Assembly: GCF_040938485.1 (NCBI RefSeq)
Contig: NW_027270942.1
Location: 2,046,001 to 2,110,000, forward strand
Direction of reading: 5' to 3'
DNA length: 64,000 nucleotides
Source: Diadema antillarum
Lineage: Eukaryota
Below the pieces are notes generated by a model. That model was not told where the DNA came from. It made no database searches and was given only the letters and a program-made list of their open reading frames with translations. This document shows positions 62,521 to 64,000 of this stretch, piece after piece (the stretch's first letter is position 1; each line of letters starts with the position of its first letter). The translations under genes were made by a program, and so were the position numbers.

Positions 62521-64000
62521 TAAATGTGTAGTAATATATGATCTTTAATGAATTACAAGCCTACTACTAGATTGTATTCATGACAAATGCATTATTCGTC
62601 CAAGTGCAGCTTTATTTCACCAACGCCAAGGTGAAATTAGCCTTTTGCAAAGGTGAAATGAGCGAAATAAATGAATGTCAAGTGGTACCCATTCGAAGCA
62701 TCACAAATTTTCATGTATAAAACTCACATTCTTTCGGATATGAAAATGTAAAAAAAAAAAACCTCGTTAGGACTAGGAAGCTTAAAGAGTAAAGACATAC
62801 TCAAGTCGATGTTACGTAAACTGATTATAAGCATCCATTATTCTAGAAACAGAATGAAATATTGGGCGAAAGTTCAAGTTTACTTTTGCTGTATCAGATG
62901 TAATGTATGGCCTTCTACTCTTAACACAATGGCCTATACCCGATTTAGCCCTTTCGGACGCATTTCTTTCAGTTGTAGTAATTGATTATGACGACAAAAT
63001 GGACTACTAAGTGTGATCAATCCATTTCGTTTCAATACATAGGCCTACAAATGGTTTAATCCTACTATCCAGTATACGTCCATCACCTTCCTTCATTTAT
63101 CAACTTTCCATGCCCATCAACTTTCCAAGACCATCAGCAACCAGATCTCCACGCTCATCATTTTACCGCCCATCCAGCCTACCAATATTCCGTGCCGAGA
63201 TCGACGCGTTCACACTGAGGTTCTTTCAAGTGAGCAGGCCATCATCTTTACATTGTTTGCCCATCCATCTATTCTGAGGCTCTCGAAAACAGCGTGACGA
63301 TCCCACTCACGGACATCATCCGTCAAACCATAGGCAAGCGGCACCACTACATTATGCCACGTGTCCGCAATCAGCTCGGAAAATTAATTTCGACCCCCTT
63401 GACCACGTAGCAAATTGACAACGTTGTCACTCAGCGAGGATCAATCGGGTTGCTTGGTTCAGTCGGCGTTACCGGAGGTCACGTGGTGACCTTCGGAGGT
63501 GACCTGAGATTCGATCAAGGTCAAAGTGATGACAAGCATGTGAAATCTTTTCCAGATTTTTTTTTCCACAGAATATCCACAAAAACTGAAGTAAACAAAC
63601 CATGAGCTAACATAAAACAATAGTAGAACTACGTATGTATGCATGATTTATCGAAAAAGGTAATAACTACCGTTCCATGACCTTGTCTATGCCTTGTAGA
63701 TAATGTTTTGCTCAGCACTCATGACTCAACAAACATACACAGCCATGACAGTAGCACGTTGAATAAACGATGTGATGCGAGTGGTAAAATGGCTAACACC
63801 GTGGGGATGAGGAACTATAGTTTGATCCGTTCTTTAAGGTCATTTTGCCATTTTCGACTGGGAAAATGATTGTGGATTCCAGGTGTAATAACGTTAAAAC
63901 CCACACTCTAAGGATCCGATTAAGGAAACTAAAAATAAAAACCCGAGCAAAGCAAACTTTTCAGTATGATTTCATTTTTTTAGAAACCATTTACGGATGT

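Noticed and set aside
63080-63400. Minus-strand reading FSELIADTWHNVVVPLAYGLTDDVREWDRHAVFESLRIDGWANN as an exon
   Set aside because: Bounded by stops, weak acceptor and no recognisable homology; not supportable without a database search.

Overview
AT-rich, intron-containing eukaryotic (animal) genomic DNA. The genes and repeat types suggest a marine invertebrate deuterostome, probably an echinoderm; this is inference. Left half: a tandem cluster of three secreted proteinase K/aqualysin-like S8 subtilases on +. Copy 1 shows only its last exon; copies 2 and 3 are complete, each with 8 coding exons, 377 aa and an intact Asp-His-Ser triad. Copies 1 and 2 belong to a recent ~13.6 kb tandem duplication. 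Right half: a complete 14-exon V-ATPase subunit B gene (31079-47953, +) and a 6-exon exosome component CSL4/EXOSC1 gene (53388-58476, +) containing a textbook U12-type intron. Many non-autonomous transposons are present (Kolobok-, piggyBac-, Harbinger-, Tc1/mariner- and CMC-like MITEs, a Helentron-type HINE, a LINE 3' end). The most striking unexplained structure is three sequence-unrelated near-perfect fold-backs beside (TA)n tracts. Each carries a minimal type I hammerhead ribozyme motif on both strands, two of them with a compensatory U3-A8 core, as expected for Penelope-like retroelement ends joined head-to-head. Other highlights are exon-restricted homogenisation between protease paralogs and a 190-bp piece of V-ATPase intron 1 copied, inverted, between two transposon copies in intron 7. 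Three assembly gaps are present. All alignments and coordinates were done by eye.
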